This document shows, piece after piece, positions 24,881-37,329 of a DNA stretch of 64,000 bases. The position numbers and the translations under genes are program-made. Source of the DNA: Mobula hypostoma. Lineage: Eukaryota. Position 1 is the first letter of the stretch; every line of letters begins with the position of its first letter. The notes beneath the pieces were generated by a model. That model saw only the letters and a program-made list of their open reading frames with translations, searched no databases and was not told the DNA's origin. The stretch is taken from positions 97,342,001-97,406,000 of the forward strand of contig NC_086108.1 in the NCBI RefSeq assembly GCF_963921235.1, given 5' to 3'.

Positions 24881-25119
24881 CAGCTATTAATGAAATTGTT
24901 GATGTAGATTTCCTCTGTGCTTCTGCACTGATGAACTCCACACTTAGAGGAAATGAAATTAATCAGTTTTGAGGGTCTTTCATGAATAACTTAAGCAGTT
25001 GAGGAACACATAGAATCAAGAATGTGCAGTTTGAAGTAACTGCTCTAAGTTGTGTGACCTTGTTGCAGAATACCTGCGTGTGCTCACTCCACAATTCTGT
25101 AAAATCCATTATTTTTCCA

Positions 25120-26575
25120 GCGTACTAAAGGCCCTTCAGCCCAGATCGTCATACTGACTGAGGTGCCTACCTGACCTAGCCCCATTTGTCTTCATTTTGC
25201 CCATATCCTTCTAAAACTTTCCCATCTATGCATCTGAACAAAGATGCTTTAAGCATTGCAATTGTGCCCATCTCTACCACTTTTTCTAGCAGCTCCTTCC
25301 ATGCACCCACCAGCGTCTGTGTGAAAAGGATGCCCCTGTTGCAAGAAACATAAGGTGGTCATAGTAGGTGATTTTAACTTTCCACATATTGACTGGGACT
25401 CCCATACTGTAAAAGGGCTGCATGGGAAAGAGCTTGTCAAATGTGTTCAGGAAAGTTTCCATAATCAATACATAGAAGTCTCAACTAGAGAGAGTGCAAT
25501 GCTAGATCTCCTGTCAGGAAGAGAGACAGGGTAGGTGACAGAAGTTTGTGTAGAGGAACACTCTGCATCCAGTGATCGAAGTGTTTGTTGTTGTGAGGCA
25601 AGTTAGGATGGATAATCTCCAAGGCCTGAGTATGTGTTCCCTTGGACCTCATGTAAAAATTGTAAAGGCCCTACCAACGATATTCACAACATCCCGAGGC
25701 ACAGGTGAGGTGCTGGAGAATTGGAGGATAGCTAATGTTGTTCCTTTGTTCAAGAAATGTTCTAAGAATAATCCAGGAAGTTATAGGCCAGTGAGCCTTA
25801 TGCCAGTTGTGGGAACATTTTTGGTAGGTATTCTAAGGGACTGGATATATAAGTATTTGGATGGACAGGGACTGATTAGGCAGTCAACATAGCTTTGTGT
25901 GTGGTAAGTTATGTCTAACCCATCTTATAGAGTTTTTCGAGGAAGTTACCAGGAAAGTTGATGAAGGCAAGGCAGTGGATGTTGTTTATGGATGGACTTT
26001 AGCAAGATCTTTGACAAGGTACCAAGGTTCAGTCACTTGGCATTCAAGATGAGGTAGCGAATTGGATTAGGCATTGGCTTTGAGGAAGAAGCCAGAGTGG
26101 TTGTACATGGTTGACTCTCTGATTGGAGGCTTGTGACTAGTGGTGTGCCACAGGGATCGATCGGTGTTTGATCCATTGTTGTTTGTCATCTACATCAACG
26201 ATCTGGATGATAATGTGGTTCACTGGATCAGCAGATTTGTAGATGAAACAAAGATTGGGGGTGTAGTGAACTGTGAGGAAGACTATCAAAACTTGCAACA
26301 GGTTCTGGATCAACTGGATAAATTGGCTGAAAAATGGTAGGTGGGACTTAATGCAGACTAGTGTGAGGTGGTTCACTTTGGGAGGACAAACCAGGATGGG
26401 TCTTACATGATGAGTGGGAGGGCACTGAGGAGTGCTATAGAACAGAGGGATCTGGAAATGCAGATCTATAATTCCTTGAAAGTTGTGTCACAGAAAGGTA
26501 AGGTCTTACAGAAAGGTTTTGGCACACTGGCCATCATAAATCAACATTCTGAGTACAGGAGAAGGGATGTGAGGT
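25120..26575. mobile_element. CR1 remnant: 3' end on minus strand (25120-25330) joined to ORF2 on plus strand (25330-26575)
   Basis: GGCCCTTCAGCCC reverse terminus; then GDFNFP, WRIANVVPLFKK, FVIYINDLD motifs. Confidence 0.75.
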
Positions 26576-26579
26576 CAAG

Positions 26580-26990
26580 AATTCATTTTACATACTAGGG
26601 AATCACTTAATTGTCCGAGTAAAGCGGGGTAGAAATTGTCCTTGAACCTGGTGGCAGATGCTTTAAGGCTTTTGTATCTTTTGTCGGATAGGAGAGGAGA
26701 GAAGAGAGAATGTCACAGGGTGGATAGAGTCTTTGATTGTGCTGGCAGCTTTACTGAGAGAGTGAGAAATATAGGCAGAGTCCCTACAGGAGTGGCCTGT
26801 TTCCATGATGTGCAGAGCTATGTCTATAACTTTCTGCAGTTACTTGCTGTCACAGGCAAAACAGCTCCATACCAAACCGTTATGTACCCAGATTGGATGC
26901 TTCCACTGGTGCATCGATAATAATTGGTAAGGATCTGTGGAGACATACCGAATTTTATAGCCTCCTGAGCAAGTGGAGGTATTGGTGAGC
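26580..26990 (-). mobile_element. Rex1/Babar-like 3' fragment
   Basis: Reverse-strand similarity to 33780-34460 (WYG, AASTIKD, DKRYKSL-like remnants). Confidence 0.55.
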
Positions 26991-27095
26991 CTCTGGTTAA
27001 CTAATTGTCAGAAATTTTACAGCAATCTCATTCTTAAATCAATTCAAAGGCAAAATATTCTCAGACCTCTGGCGTATAGATCTCTAATGATTTCT

Positions 27096-27208
27096 GAAGC
27101 AACACATACAGAATGCTGGAGGAACTCAGCAGGCCAGGCAGCATCTATGGAAAAGAGTAAACAGTCGACGTTTCGAGCTGAGGCACTACAGCAGGACTGA
27201 ATTTGGTT
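27096..27208 (-). mobile_element. single-arm PLE terminal fragment
   Basis: PLE end motif; flanking 13-bp direct repeat TCTAATG(A/G)TTTCT (27083-27095 / 27209-27221). Confidence 0.7.
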
Positions 27209-27554
27209 TCTAATGGTTTCTAACCATTTTAATGGAAACGTGATAGGTATCTGTTGCCATATCCATATATTCTTCCCAGGATTTGACAAACCGAGGTCTT
27301 GCCACAGGATTTAGAGACTAAGACAGGCATATGGTTGAAAGAAAAGCAGAGGATAATGTGTGAGGGAAGGGTTAAATGATCTTAGAGTAGGTTTTAAGGA
27401 CAGCACAACACTGTGGACTGAAGGACCTGTACTGTGCTGTAGTCTTCTATGTTTTAAGTGTCTGAAGTGTTCTGGCTTCCCGTGAGATCCAGAGATACTT
27501 GTATTTTTATCTCTTACATTGTTATCAGTGTCATATCTTTAGAAGTTCATTTAA

Positions 27555-27860
27555 AGATAAAGCACAGATTAGCTTTATTTGTCACATGTACATCAAAACA
27601 TACAATGGAATGAGTCACTTGCATCAAGTCAAATCAGTGAGGATTGTTCTGTGGGCAAGTGTGGCCACACTTCTGGCGCCAACATAGCATCCCCACAACT
27701 CACTGACGCTAACCGCCTGTCTTTGGAAAGAGGAAACACACACAGTTACGGGGGGAGAATGTACAAGCTCCTTATAGGCAGTGGTGGGACTTGAACCACG
27801 ATTGGCGAAAGCTGGCGGGAGAGCGACGCTCTAACTCTTCGCTATTGTGACGCAATGCAT
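27555..27860 (-). mobile_element. V-SINE-like SINE
   Basis: Colinear with 7630-7945. Confidence 0.6.
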
Positions 27861-29024
27861 TTTCACCATGGAACTCTCCAGATGTGCCTTTACATTGATT
27901 GTAAAGCCTTGGTGTTCTGAATAACCTGTATATTGATCCTATAAGAATGTTCTTGACATTTCGTAAGGGAGGGGGTTGGTCAAGGCAGGTTATTAAATAT
28001 TTGCCCCTCTGTATGCTTTGTAGCCGAACCATCATTTATCCTGGTAAGTGATACATTAACTACCTGATGAGCATCATTACTGAAGTTGTTTGATGCTGGT
28101 AATGAGTAGTATGAATAGAAAGGCTTGTCCTTTTTAAAGAAAAATACTGTATCTGTGATTTTGTTATTAATTCTTTAAAGAAATACATGCTCTATTATTT
28201 AAAAAATACAACAGAATTTTGATTTTGAGGTCCCTGCTGGTTCTACTTCCCCTGCCACTATTTCTGTTGTAACTCTTAACTAGTCGCAGTTTGATTCATA
28301 CCTCTCACTTTCATTCCAAGTCATGTAATTACTATCACAACTTTGATGCAGTGCACTGCCATGGAATTAAAAAGCGCTTCAGGTGTCTGATTAATGTGCT
28401 TGTTCCAAAATTAGCTCTCTGTCTGCCTCTGCTAATGATTGCCCTGTAGTGTGAACAGATTGTCTTCAGTTCATTATTGGGATCCATGGTGAAATCATTC
28501 CAGGCAATTCTTAATGAAGAGCCATACGATGATGGTGTGGGTTTTCGTGGAAAGTGGGATTGTTGTAACGCTTGAAATAGAAATATCTTCCTAACGAAAT
28601 TTCCATTGATACTACAAATATGGTTTGAAAATTAAATAGGTAGTTTTCTTCCTTCAATTTCAAGCACTAATGTCATTTCTTTATTCCAGTGAGGATTTCA
28701 TTGCTCACATATTAGCTGTGCTGAGATCTTGGCACTGTGCAGGGCACCTCCTTCAGCAATGGGCCAACCAAAGGATCTGAGAAGTGGTTCTGTTTTCTGA
28801 TATCTCTGGACCAGGAACATTAGATGCAGAAGTGTTTAAGGTCTTCAGATGCTTCCTCTGCCTTCCCCCTGCCCCCATGCTCCTGTCTGCAAGCCCATTT
28901 GGTTCACTAATGTGCTTCACGGGTTGTTGTATGCTGTCCTTACCCGTTCTGACTTACTGTATATAAAACTCAGTACTCATCCTCAAACTGTTTGACTCAT
29001 AGTTGCCCCTAAAATTGCCCAGCA

Positions 29025-29229
29025 AAGTTCAAAAGTTCAAAGTAAATTTATTATCACAGTATGTATTGCCACCATATACTACCCTGAGATTCATTTTCTT
29101 GTAGGCATTCATTGCAGAACAAAGAAATACAGTGGAATCAATAAAAAGCTGCACACAAGCAAAGAATGACAAATGGCCAATGTGCAAAAGACAATCTATT
29201 CAGATACAAAATCAAAAAATGGATAATAA
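29025..29229 (-). mobile_element. Rex1/Babar-like 3' UTR (host of the PLE; appears to continue at 31087-31160)
   Basis: AAGTTCAAAGTAAATTTATTATC tail family. Confidence 0.65.
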
Positions 29230-30518
29230 AAGCAACACACACAAAATGCTGGAGGAACTCAGCAGGACGGGCAGGATCTATGGAAAAGAGTACAGTCGAT
29301 GTTTCGGGCCGAGACCCTTCATTGGACTGGAGGAATAAAGATAAGAAGTCAGAGTAAGAAGGTAGGGAGAGGGGAGGAAGAAACACAAGGTGATAGGTGA
29401 AACCGGAGGGGATGGGTGAAGTAAAGAGCTGGGAAGTTGATGGGTGAAAGAGATACAGGGCTGGAGAAGGGGGAATCTGATAGGAGAGGACAAAGACCAT
29501 GGAAGAAAGGGAAGGGAGAGGAGCACCAGAGGGAGGCGATGGGCAGGTAAGGAGATAAGGTGAGAGAGAGAAATGGGAATGGGGAATGATGAAGGGAGAG
29601 CATTACTGGAAGTTTGAGAAATCAATGTTCATGCCATCAGGTTGGAGGCTACCCAGACAGAATATAATGTGTTGCTCCTCCAACCTGAGCGTGGTCTCAT
29701 CGCGATAATAGAGGCCATGGATAGTCATGTCAAAATAGGAATGGGAAGTGGAAGTAAGTGGAATGGGAAGTGGAAGTAAAATGGGTGGCCACTAGGAGAT
29801 CCTGCTTTTTCTGGTGGACAGAGCGTAGATGCTCGGGGAAGTAGTCTCCCAATCTATGTCGGGTCTCACTGATATACAGGAGGCCACACCAGGAGCACCA
29901 GATTCAGTAGATGACCCCAACAGACTCACAGATGAAGTGTTGCCTCACCTGGAAGGACTGTTTGGGACCCTGAATGGTAGTGAGGGAGGAGAAGTAGGGG
30001 CAGGTGTAGTACTTGTTCCTCTTGCAAGGATAAGTGCCAGGAGGGGGATCAGTGGGGCGGGACAAATGGACAAGGGAGTCACATAAGGAGTGATCGCTGC
30101 GGAAAGCAGAAAGTGGGGTGGAGGGAAAGATGTGCTTGGTGGTGGGATTACGTTGGATCTGGCGGAAGTTAAAGAGAATTACGCGCTGGACGCAGAGGCT
30201 GGTGGGGTGGTAGGTGAGGACAAAAGGAACTCTATCCCTGGTAGGGTGGCTGGAGGATGTGGTGAGGGCAGATGTGTGTGAAATGGACGAGATGTGATTG
30301 AGTGCAGCATTGATGGTGGAGGAAGGAAAGCCCCTTTCTTTGAAGAAGGAGGACATCTCCTTAGTTCTGGAATGAAAAGCCTCATCCTGAGAGCAGATGC
30401 AGTCGAGATGGAGAAATAGAGAGAAGGGGATGGCATTTTTACAAGTAACAGGGTGGGAAGAGGTATAGTCCAGGTAGCTGTGAGTGTCAGTGAGTTTCAA
30501 TAGACATCAGTTAATAAG

Positions 30519-30716
30519 CTGTCTCCAGAGATAGTAATCAGTAGACAACCTGTCTCCAGAGATAGTAATCAGTAGACAACCTGTCTCCAGAGATAGTAAT
30601 CAGTAGACAACCTGTCTCCAGAGATAGTAATCAGTAGACAACCTGTCTCCAGAGATAGTAATCAGTAGACAACCTGTCTCCAGAGATAGTAATCAGTAGA
30701 TAAGCTGTCTCCAGAG
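30519..30716 (+). repeat. 31-bp tandem repeat, about 6.4 copies (CTGTCTCCAGAGATAGTAATCAGTAGACAAC)
   Basis: Units start at 30519, 30550, 30581, 30612, 30643, 30674 and 30705 (partial); no spacers. Confidence 0.97.
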
Positions 30717-30955
30717 GTAGAACCAGAGATCACTCTCCAAGTTTTCCTACGCGACATTGACGACTGTATTGGTGCTGCTTCCTGCACCCATACAGAGCTC
30801 GTCAACTTCATCAACTTTGCCTCCAACTTCCACCCTGCCCTCAAATTTACCTGGTCTATTTCCATCACCTCCCTCCCCTTTCTCCATCTCTCTGTCTCTG
30901 TCCCTGGGGACAGCCTCCCCTCACCTCCTTACTCTGACTCATCATTTTATCTCCC

Positions 30956-30991
30956 GTCCTGATGAAGGGTCAAAGCCCGAAACGTCATCTG
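30956..30991 (+). ncRNA. minimal hammerhead ribozyme motif (core intact, helix I weakened)
   Basis: GTC-CTGATGA-A-GGGT-CAAA-GCCC-GAAAC-GTC. Confidence 0.55.
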
Positions 30992-31586
30992 TACTCTTTT
31001 CCATAGATGCTGCCTGGCCTGCTGAGTTCCTCCAGCATTTTGTGTGTGTTCCTTGGATTTCCAGCATCTGCAGTTTTCCTTCTTGAGATAATAATGAGTA
31101 ACATACCGGACCATGATGTGACCAGTCAGGATGTTCTCCACTGTGCACCTGTAGATGTTACACACTGTTACTCCTTATCATTTTGTATATAGAAACACTG
31201 CTACCAAAAAGAGTGCTGTAGTTCAAGAAGACACTACCTTGTCAAGGACAGGTAGTGATGGACATAAATATTGGTCTTGTCTGAGTCACCAAGTTCCTGG
31301 AAAAAGAATAAATAAAAGAAAGGAAGCTGTTCACTTTGCCTTATGCCCATGTTGATCTCTTGATGAAGGCCTTCAAGTGACACCTTACAAAGTTTCCTTA
31401 TGGGTGATCACAATGTTCACAAGATCTAAGTTGGACTATTAACCTCACAATCTATCTCATCATGATCTTACACCTTTTCATTTATCTGCACTGCACTTTC
31501 TCTGTTGCTGTTACACTTAATCCTGCATTGTTATTGTTTTACCTTGTTCTACCTCAATGCACTGTGTAATGATTTGATCTCTATCA

Positions 31587-33384
31587 ACATAGAAACATAG
31601 AAACATAGAAAATAGGTGCAGGAGTAGGCCATTCGGCCCTTCGAGCCTGCACCGCCATTTATTATGATCATGGCTGATCATCCAACTCAGAACCCTTCAC
31701 CAGCCTTCCCTCCATACCCCCTGATCCCCGTAGCCACAAGGGCCATATCTAACTCCCTCTTAAATACAGCCAATGAACTGGCCTCAACTGTTTCCCGTGG
31801 CAGAGAATTCCACAGATTCACCACTCTCTGTGTGAAGAAGTTTTTCCTAATCTCGGTCCTAAAAGGCTTCCCCTTTATCCTCAAACTGTGACCCCTCGTT
31901 CTGGACTTCCCCAACATCGGGAACAATCTTCCTGCATCCAGCCTGTCCAATCCCTTTAGGATTTTATACGTTTCAATCAGATCCCCCCTCAATCATCTAA
32001 ATTCCAACGAGTACAAGCCCAGTTCATCCAGTCTTTCTTCATATGAAAGACCTGCCATACCAGGAATCAATCTGGTGAACCTTCTTTGTACTCCCTCTAT
32101 GGCAAGGATGTCTTTCCTCAGATTAGGGGACCAAAACTGCACACAATACTCCAGGTGTGGTCTCACCAAGGCCTTGTACAACTGCAGTAGTACCTCCCTG
32201 CTCCTGTACTCGAATCCTCTCGCTATAAATGCCAGCATACCATTCGCCTTTTTCACCGCCTGCTGTACCTGCATGCCCACTTTCAATGACTGGTGTATAA
32301 TGACACCCAGGTCTCGTTGCACCTCCCCTTTTCCTAATCGACCACCATTCAGATAATAATCTGTTTTCCTATTTTTGCCACCAAAGTGGATAACTTCACA
32401 TTTATCCACATTAAATTGCATCTGCCATGAATTTGCCCACTCACCCAACCTATCCAAGTCACCCTGCATCCTCTTAGCATCCTCCTCACTGCTAACACTG
32501 CCACCCAGCTTCGAGTCATCCGCAAACTTGGAGATGCTGCATTTAATTCCCTCATCCAAGTCATTAATATATATTGTAAACAACTGGGGTCCCAGCACTG
32601 AGCCTTGCGGTACCCCACTAGTCACCGCCTGCCATTCTGAAAAGGTCCCGTTTATTCCCACTCTTTGCTTCCTATCTGCTAACCAATTCTCTATCCACAT
32701 CAATACCTTACCCCCAATACTGTGTGCTTTAAGTTTGCACACTCATCTCCTGTGTGGGACCTTGTCAAAAGCCTTTCGAAAATCCAAATATACCACATCC
32801 ACTGGCTCTCCCCTATCCACTCTACTAGTTACATCCTCAAAAAATTCTATGAGATTCGTCAGACATGATTTTCCTTTCACAAATCCATGCTGACTTTGTC
32901 CGATCATTTCACCGCTTTCCAAATGTGCTGTTATCACATCTTTGATAACTGACTCCAGCAGTTTCCCCACCACCGATGTTAGGCTAACCGATCTATAATT
33001 CCCCGGTTTCTCTCTCCCTCCTTTTTTAAAAAGTGGGGTTACATTAGCCACCCTCCAATCCTCAGGAACTAGTCCAGAATCTAACGAGTTTTGAAAAATT
33101 ATCACTAATGCATCCACTATTTCTTGGGCTACTTCCTTAAGCACTCTGGGATGCAAACCATCTGGCCCTGGGGATTTATCTGCCTTCAATCCCTTCAATT
33201 TACCTAACACCACTTCCCTACTAACATGTATTTCGCTCAGTTCCTCCATCTCACTGGACCCTCTGTCCCCTACTATTTCTGGAAGATTATTTATGTCCTC
33301 CTTAGTGAAGACAGAACCAAAGTAATTATTCAATTGGTCTGCCATGTCCTTGCTCCCCATAATCAATTCACCTGTTTCTGTCTG
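31587..33384 (-). mobile_element. young CR1 LINE, 5'-truncated, RT broken only by two in-frame TGA stops
   Basis: ORFs 32743-33405, 31993-32742 and 31687-31992 abut in one frame (PGPDG, YLDFRKAFDKV, GVPQGSVLGP, KFADD); (CATAGAAA)n tail at 31588-31610. Confidence 0.95.
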
Positions 33385-33549
33385 TATGCAAAACAACCTT
33401 TTCACTGTACATGTGACAATAATAAACCAATTTTGATATCAATCTGGTGTCAAAGCTCCATTAACAGCAACCAACTAATACACTGCTTCTAATTCATCAT
33501 TAATAAAAAGAATTATGGAGCTTGCTAAGAAAGGAGTTGTTATTACTAC

Positions 33550-33746
33550 CGACACGAGATTCTGCAGATCCTGGAAATCCGGACGAACACATATAAAATG
33601 CTGAAGGAACTCAACAGGCCAGGCAGCATCTATAGAGAGGAATAAAGAGTTGCTGTTTCGGACAAAGGCCCTTCATCAGTCCTGTTTTCTCTCCATAGAT
33701 GCTGCCTGAACTGCTGAGTTCCTCCAGTATTTTGTGTGTATTACTC
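33550..33746. mobile_element. mini fold-back PLE insertion
   Basis: Inverted arms; TSD TGTTATTA(C/T)TAC (33538-33549 / 33747-33758); minus-strand CTGATGA...GAAAC at 33655-33685. Confidence 0.8.
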
Positions 33747-33779
33747 TGTTATTATTACTTCTCTGAAGCCATTTTTGAA

Positions 33780-34710
33780 AAATTGATAAAATTCCTCAGG
33801 AGGCTAAAGAAATTCAGCATGTAGCCATTGACTCTAACCAATTTTTATCAGCGCACCATAGAAAACATTCTGTCCCAGATGCATAACAGCTTGGTACGGC
33901 AACTGCTCTGCACATGACTGCAAGAAACTACAGAGTTTCTTCTTCTTAGGCATCTGTTAGTCTCCTGAGGCCATGGATTTGCGCCTTGCAAGGTTTCCAG
34001 GGCGCAGGCCTGGGCAAGGTTGTATGGAAGACCAGCAGTTGCCCATACTGCAAGTCTTCCCTCTCCACGCCACCGATGTTGTCCAAGGGAAGGGCACTAG
34101 GTCTGATACAGCTTGGCACCGGTGTCGTCGCAGAGCAATGTGTGGCTAAGTGCCTTGCTCAAGGACACAACACACTGCCTCAGCTGAGGCTGGAACTAGC
34201 GACCTTCAGATCACTAGACCGACACCTTAACCAGTTGGCCACGCACCAAACTAGAGTTGTAGACACAATTTAGCACATCACAGGAACCAGCTTCCCCTCT
34301 ATGGACTCTGTCTATACCTCACTCTGCCTCAGTAAAGCAGCCAGCATAATGGAAGACCCCACCCACCTGGACATTCTCTCTTCTCCCCTCTGCTGGATCG
34401 AAGATACAAAAGCCTAAAACCACGTACCACTAGGCTCAAGGGAAGGTCCTATCCCTCTGTTGCCAGATTCTTGAATGGATTATTTGAATGATAAGATGGA
34501 TTATTGGGCTCACAATCTACCTCATTGCGAATGTGCACTTAATTATTTATCTGCACTTTATCGATAGCATTTACACCTCTTTCTGCACTGTTATTGTTTT
34601 ACCTTGTTCTAACTTTATGCACTGGGTAATAACTTAATCTGTATGAATGGATGCAAGACAAGCTTTTCACTTTGTCCTGGTGCACGTGACAATAATAAAT
34701 CAATAACCAA
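33780..34710 (+). mobile_element. Rex1/Babar-like 3' fragment with a roughly 310-bp SINE-like insert (about 33938-34247)
   Basis: RRLKKF, ITAWYGNC, AASIMEDPTH remnants; AAACTA(C)AGAGTT-like repeat flanks the insert. Confidence 0.65.
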
Positions 34711-34864
34711 TATTACCTTAATTGATATGTGGATTTATATACCACTGTCAGCAATAATAGCAACTTGCATTTGGAGATGCAAAGGACTGGAGATGCAGGA
34801 CTGATGCATGCTTTGACCTGAAATATCGACAGTTCATTTTAACCCAGAGATGCTGCTGAGTTCC

Positions 34865-35093
34865 TGTGGTAAACCATGTATATATGTTGTAACTCGGTTA
34901 CCTGAATGGACACACCCATCTGCTGACTGCCCCTGTGGCTCCTCCCACAGAGTCCTGTATAAAGGTGTTCGCCTTGCCCCTCCCCCTCAGTCCGGGGGCA
35001 GACACTTACTGTGGAGGTCGTATTGTACAGCGAATAAAAGCCTTTCAGTATTTTACCAAACCTCAGTCTCTTGGAGTAATTGAAGGTGCTTCA
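34865..35093 (+). mobile_element. solo LTR (229 bp) inserted in a degenerate PLE end
   Basis: TG...CA termini, internal TATAAA and AATAAA, 5-bp TSD GTTCC/ATTCC; removal restores GCTGAGTTCCTCCAGCA. Confidence 0.8.
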
Positions 35094-37329
35094 ATTCCTC
35101 CAGCAGATAGTTTGCTGCACTAACTTACACTTGTATAGCTTCTTTTCCATTGGAAAGCACTTCACAGGAATCTATCTGAGGCTTCCGTTGGTCAGAGTTG
35201 ACCATGGGTGCCACATCCCAACTTTCTAAGTGATACGCAAGCCAGGGCAGTACAGTGTTAGAGCAAGCTCCTCCTCTCCAGGCACCTGATGAACCCAAAT
35301 GAACGGCAGAGGCCAATACAGTTTGGTACCAGCAGCATCGCAGGAGTTGCCAGTCAGCGTTGAAATCAATGTAGGTCTGGCTTAGGGACTCCAGCTCCGA
35401 ATATTTTTCCTCGGGGTTTACTCCCTAAATCTTCCCCATGAGTGGGTTCAGCTGCAAGGCAGCAGGGGTTTGAGATCAGAGTTTTCCTTCTCCTTGATGA
35501 GCTGCCAGCCGCAGCTGACGAGCCCCATCTGCCCGAAGTGACTGGTTTTAAGACACCAGTAACCTACCTTTGCCCCTTCTCCTGTCAGTAGAAGCAGTTT
35601 CACTAGGCTTAGTAGCTAAGCCACATGTGAAGGCCAGGAGCTGGACTTGGGTGTCAGAGGCTATTTGACAAGATGCGGAGACACATTAGGAAGATGAACA
35701 TGGTCCGAGAGAGAGGATTTATAAGGAAAAAGTTAGACAGCTGAAGAAGTTTAAGCAGAAGACTTTGGCATGGGCCAGCAATAGTAGAGCAATGAAATAG
35801 CTGAAGAAACTAGAACTGAAGGAGCACAAGACCTCAGTTTGCCACAGGGCCGGAAGGGGTTGAGGAATTGAGGTGAGGCTCAAAAACCAAGGATGAGAAT
35901 TTAAAATGAATGTATTTCATAATTAGGAATTGGTGAGGTTTGGCAATCAAGTGGGAGATGGATGAATGGGTGTAGTGTACATTTGGTCACAGGCAGCAGA
36001 GTTTTAGTGACCTAGAGTTTGCAGATTTCAATAACAGGAAAGAATTTCTATTTAAGTCGTGTTTTTCGTGTCAAATGCTTTGCAGCATGTGAAGTAGCTT
36101 AAAGTATAGTCACTGTTGAAATATAGCAGTTTGCACATATAAAAGCTTCAAAAACAGCAATGTGAGACTACCACCCAGGTCTCAACACTTATGAAGCGCC
36201 AGTAGCGTTATACTGTTTACTTTTTAACTTGTGTCATACATGCACCTTCTGCTAAATGTCAATCTTCTGGAGTATATTTTACTTGTTAATTTATTTGTGT
36301 TAATATTACTTTATGTGTTGCGTGTGAGTTATATATACTGTGTTGTGCACTTTGGTCTGTAGGAACGTTGTTCCGTTTGGAGGTATACAGTTGAACGACA
36401 ATGACCTTGAACTTGAAAATAAATACTCACCTGGTTCACTTTTGGAAGTGGGCATTGAAAGATTCCTAGAGAGACACCTTGACCCTAACTGATGGAGGCC
36501 TATACCATGCCAAATATTCAGGAATGGGACCTGACCTTCTAGTCATCTGACTTAGAGGCAGCGTTGACATATTGTAATAGGGCTTTGGGCCTAACACCAC
36601 TGGAGACTCATTATAAATGTGAGTGAGAGCCCAGATCATCATTTGTCAGGTGACGCATGTTACAATAGCATATATACACAATTACAGACTCAACACTGGT
36701 TTTATTGTGTTCTGTGCTAATCCATGCATGGGAACATCTTCCTCATGATTACTTTGCTACCTCTCTTGGACATGTGCCTAACTCATCCACTTCTGGTAAG
36801 TAGTCTTGGAACTGATTCACCAGATTACAGAGTCAGGAATTCTCAGAACACTTTAACTTCAGTTCGAGCTCATGATATCCAGGACAATGCATCCTTGCCC
36901 AGAGGACATGCACAGACTTGCCCGCTTCCAACCAGAATTTAGGGAAGATAACTAGTGTCAGGAGGGATTATTAGCCCATTTTTCTGGCAAAGAGTTTTGC
37001 CAGCTGGCCAAGCATATCAGGATATTGCGAGAAAGCTGTGCAATCCATTAAAATTAATGAATGTAGAACCACGGGCAATGCGCCTGTAATTTTCCAAACA
37101 CTGCAGCTGGTGGGTATGGGTCCCGTTAGCAACAGAATGTCACAACAGTGCCCTGTTTGCTCTAAGTTTATGGAGACGGAAGAAAATCAGGACTTTATAT
37201 TTCTAGGTTGTGCACTCAGGTTTAAACCTTAGGGCTCCTCAGAAATTACCATTGTTCTAATCGTTTGCTGCTTTGCTGTTAACCCTGCATGGTAAGTAGA
37301 AGAGTGTTGTTTCTCCTTCAGCTCCTCCC

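Larger units (their letters stand above)
29230..31085. mobile_element. Penelope-like element, fold-back structure (long minus arm 29230-30720, short plus arm 30730-31085)
   Basis: ORF 29904-30500 PLE RT C-terminus (YLDYTSSHP, KNAIPFS) followed by GIY-YIG remnant; PLE termini at both ends in inverted orientation; possible 8-bp TSD GATAATAA. Confidence 0.88.

Noticed and set aside
30519..30716. CRISPR-like array of about 31-bp repeats
   Set aside because: Units are head-to-tail with no unique spacers, derive from PLE RT sequence, and there are no cas genes in this eukaryotic context
32375..32893. 172-aa plus-strand ORF
   Set aside because: Antisense shadow of the CR1 RT
37207..37291. AG...GTAAGT-bounded 85-nt candidate exon
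   Set aside because: Stop codons in all three frames; no other support
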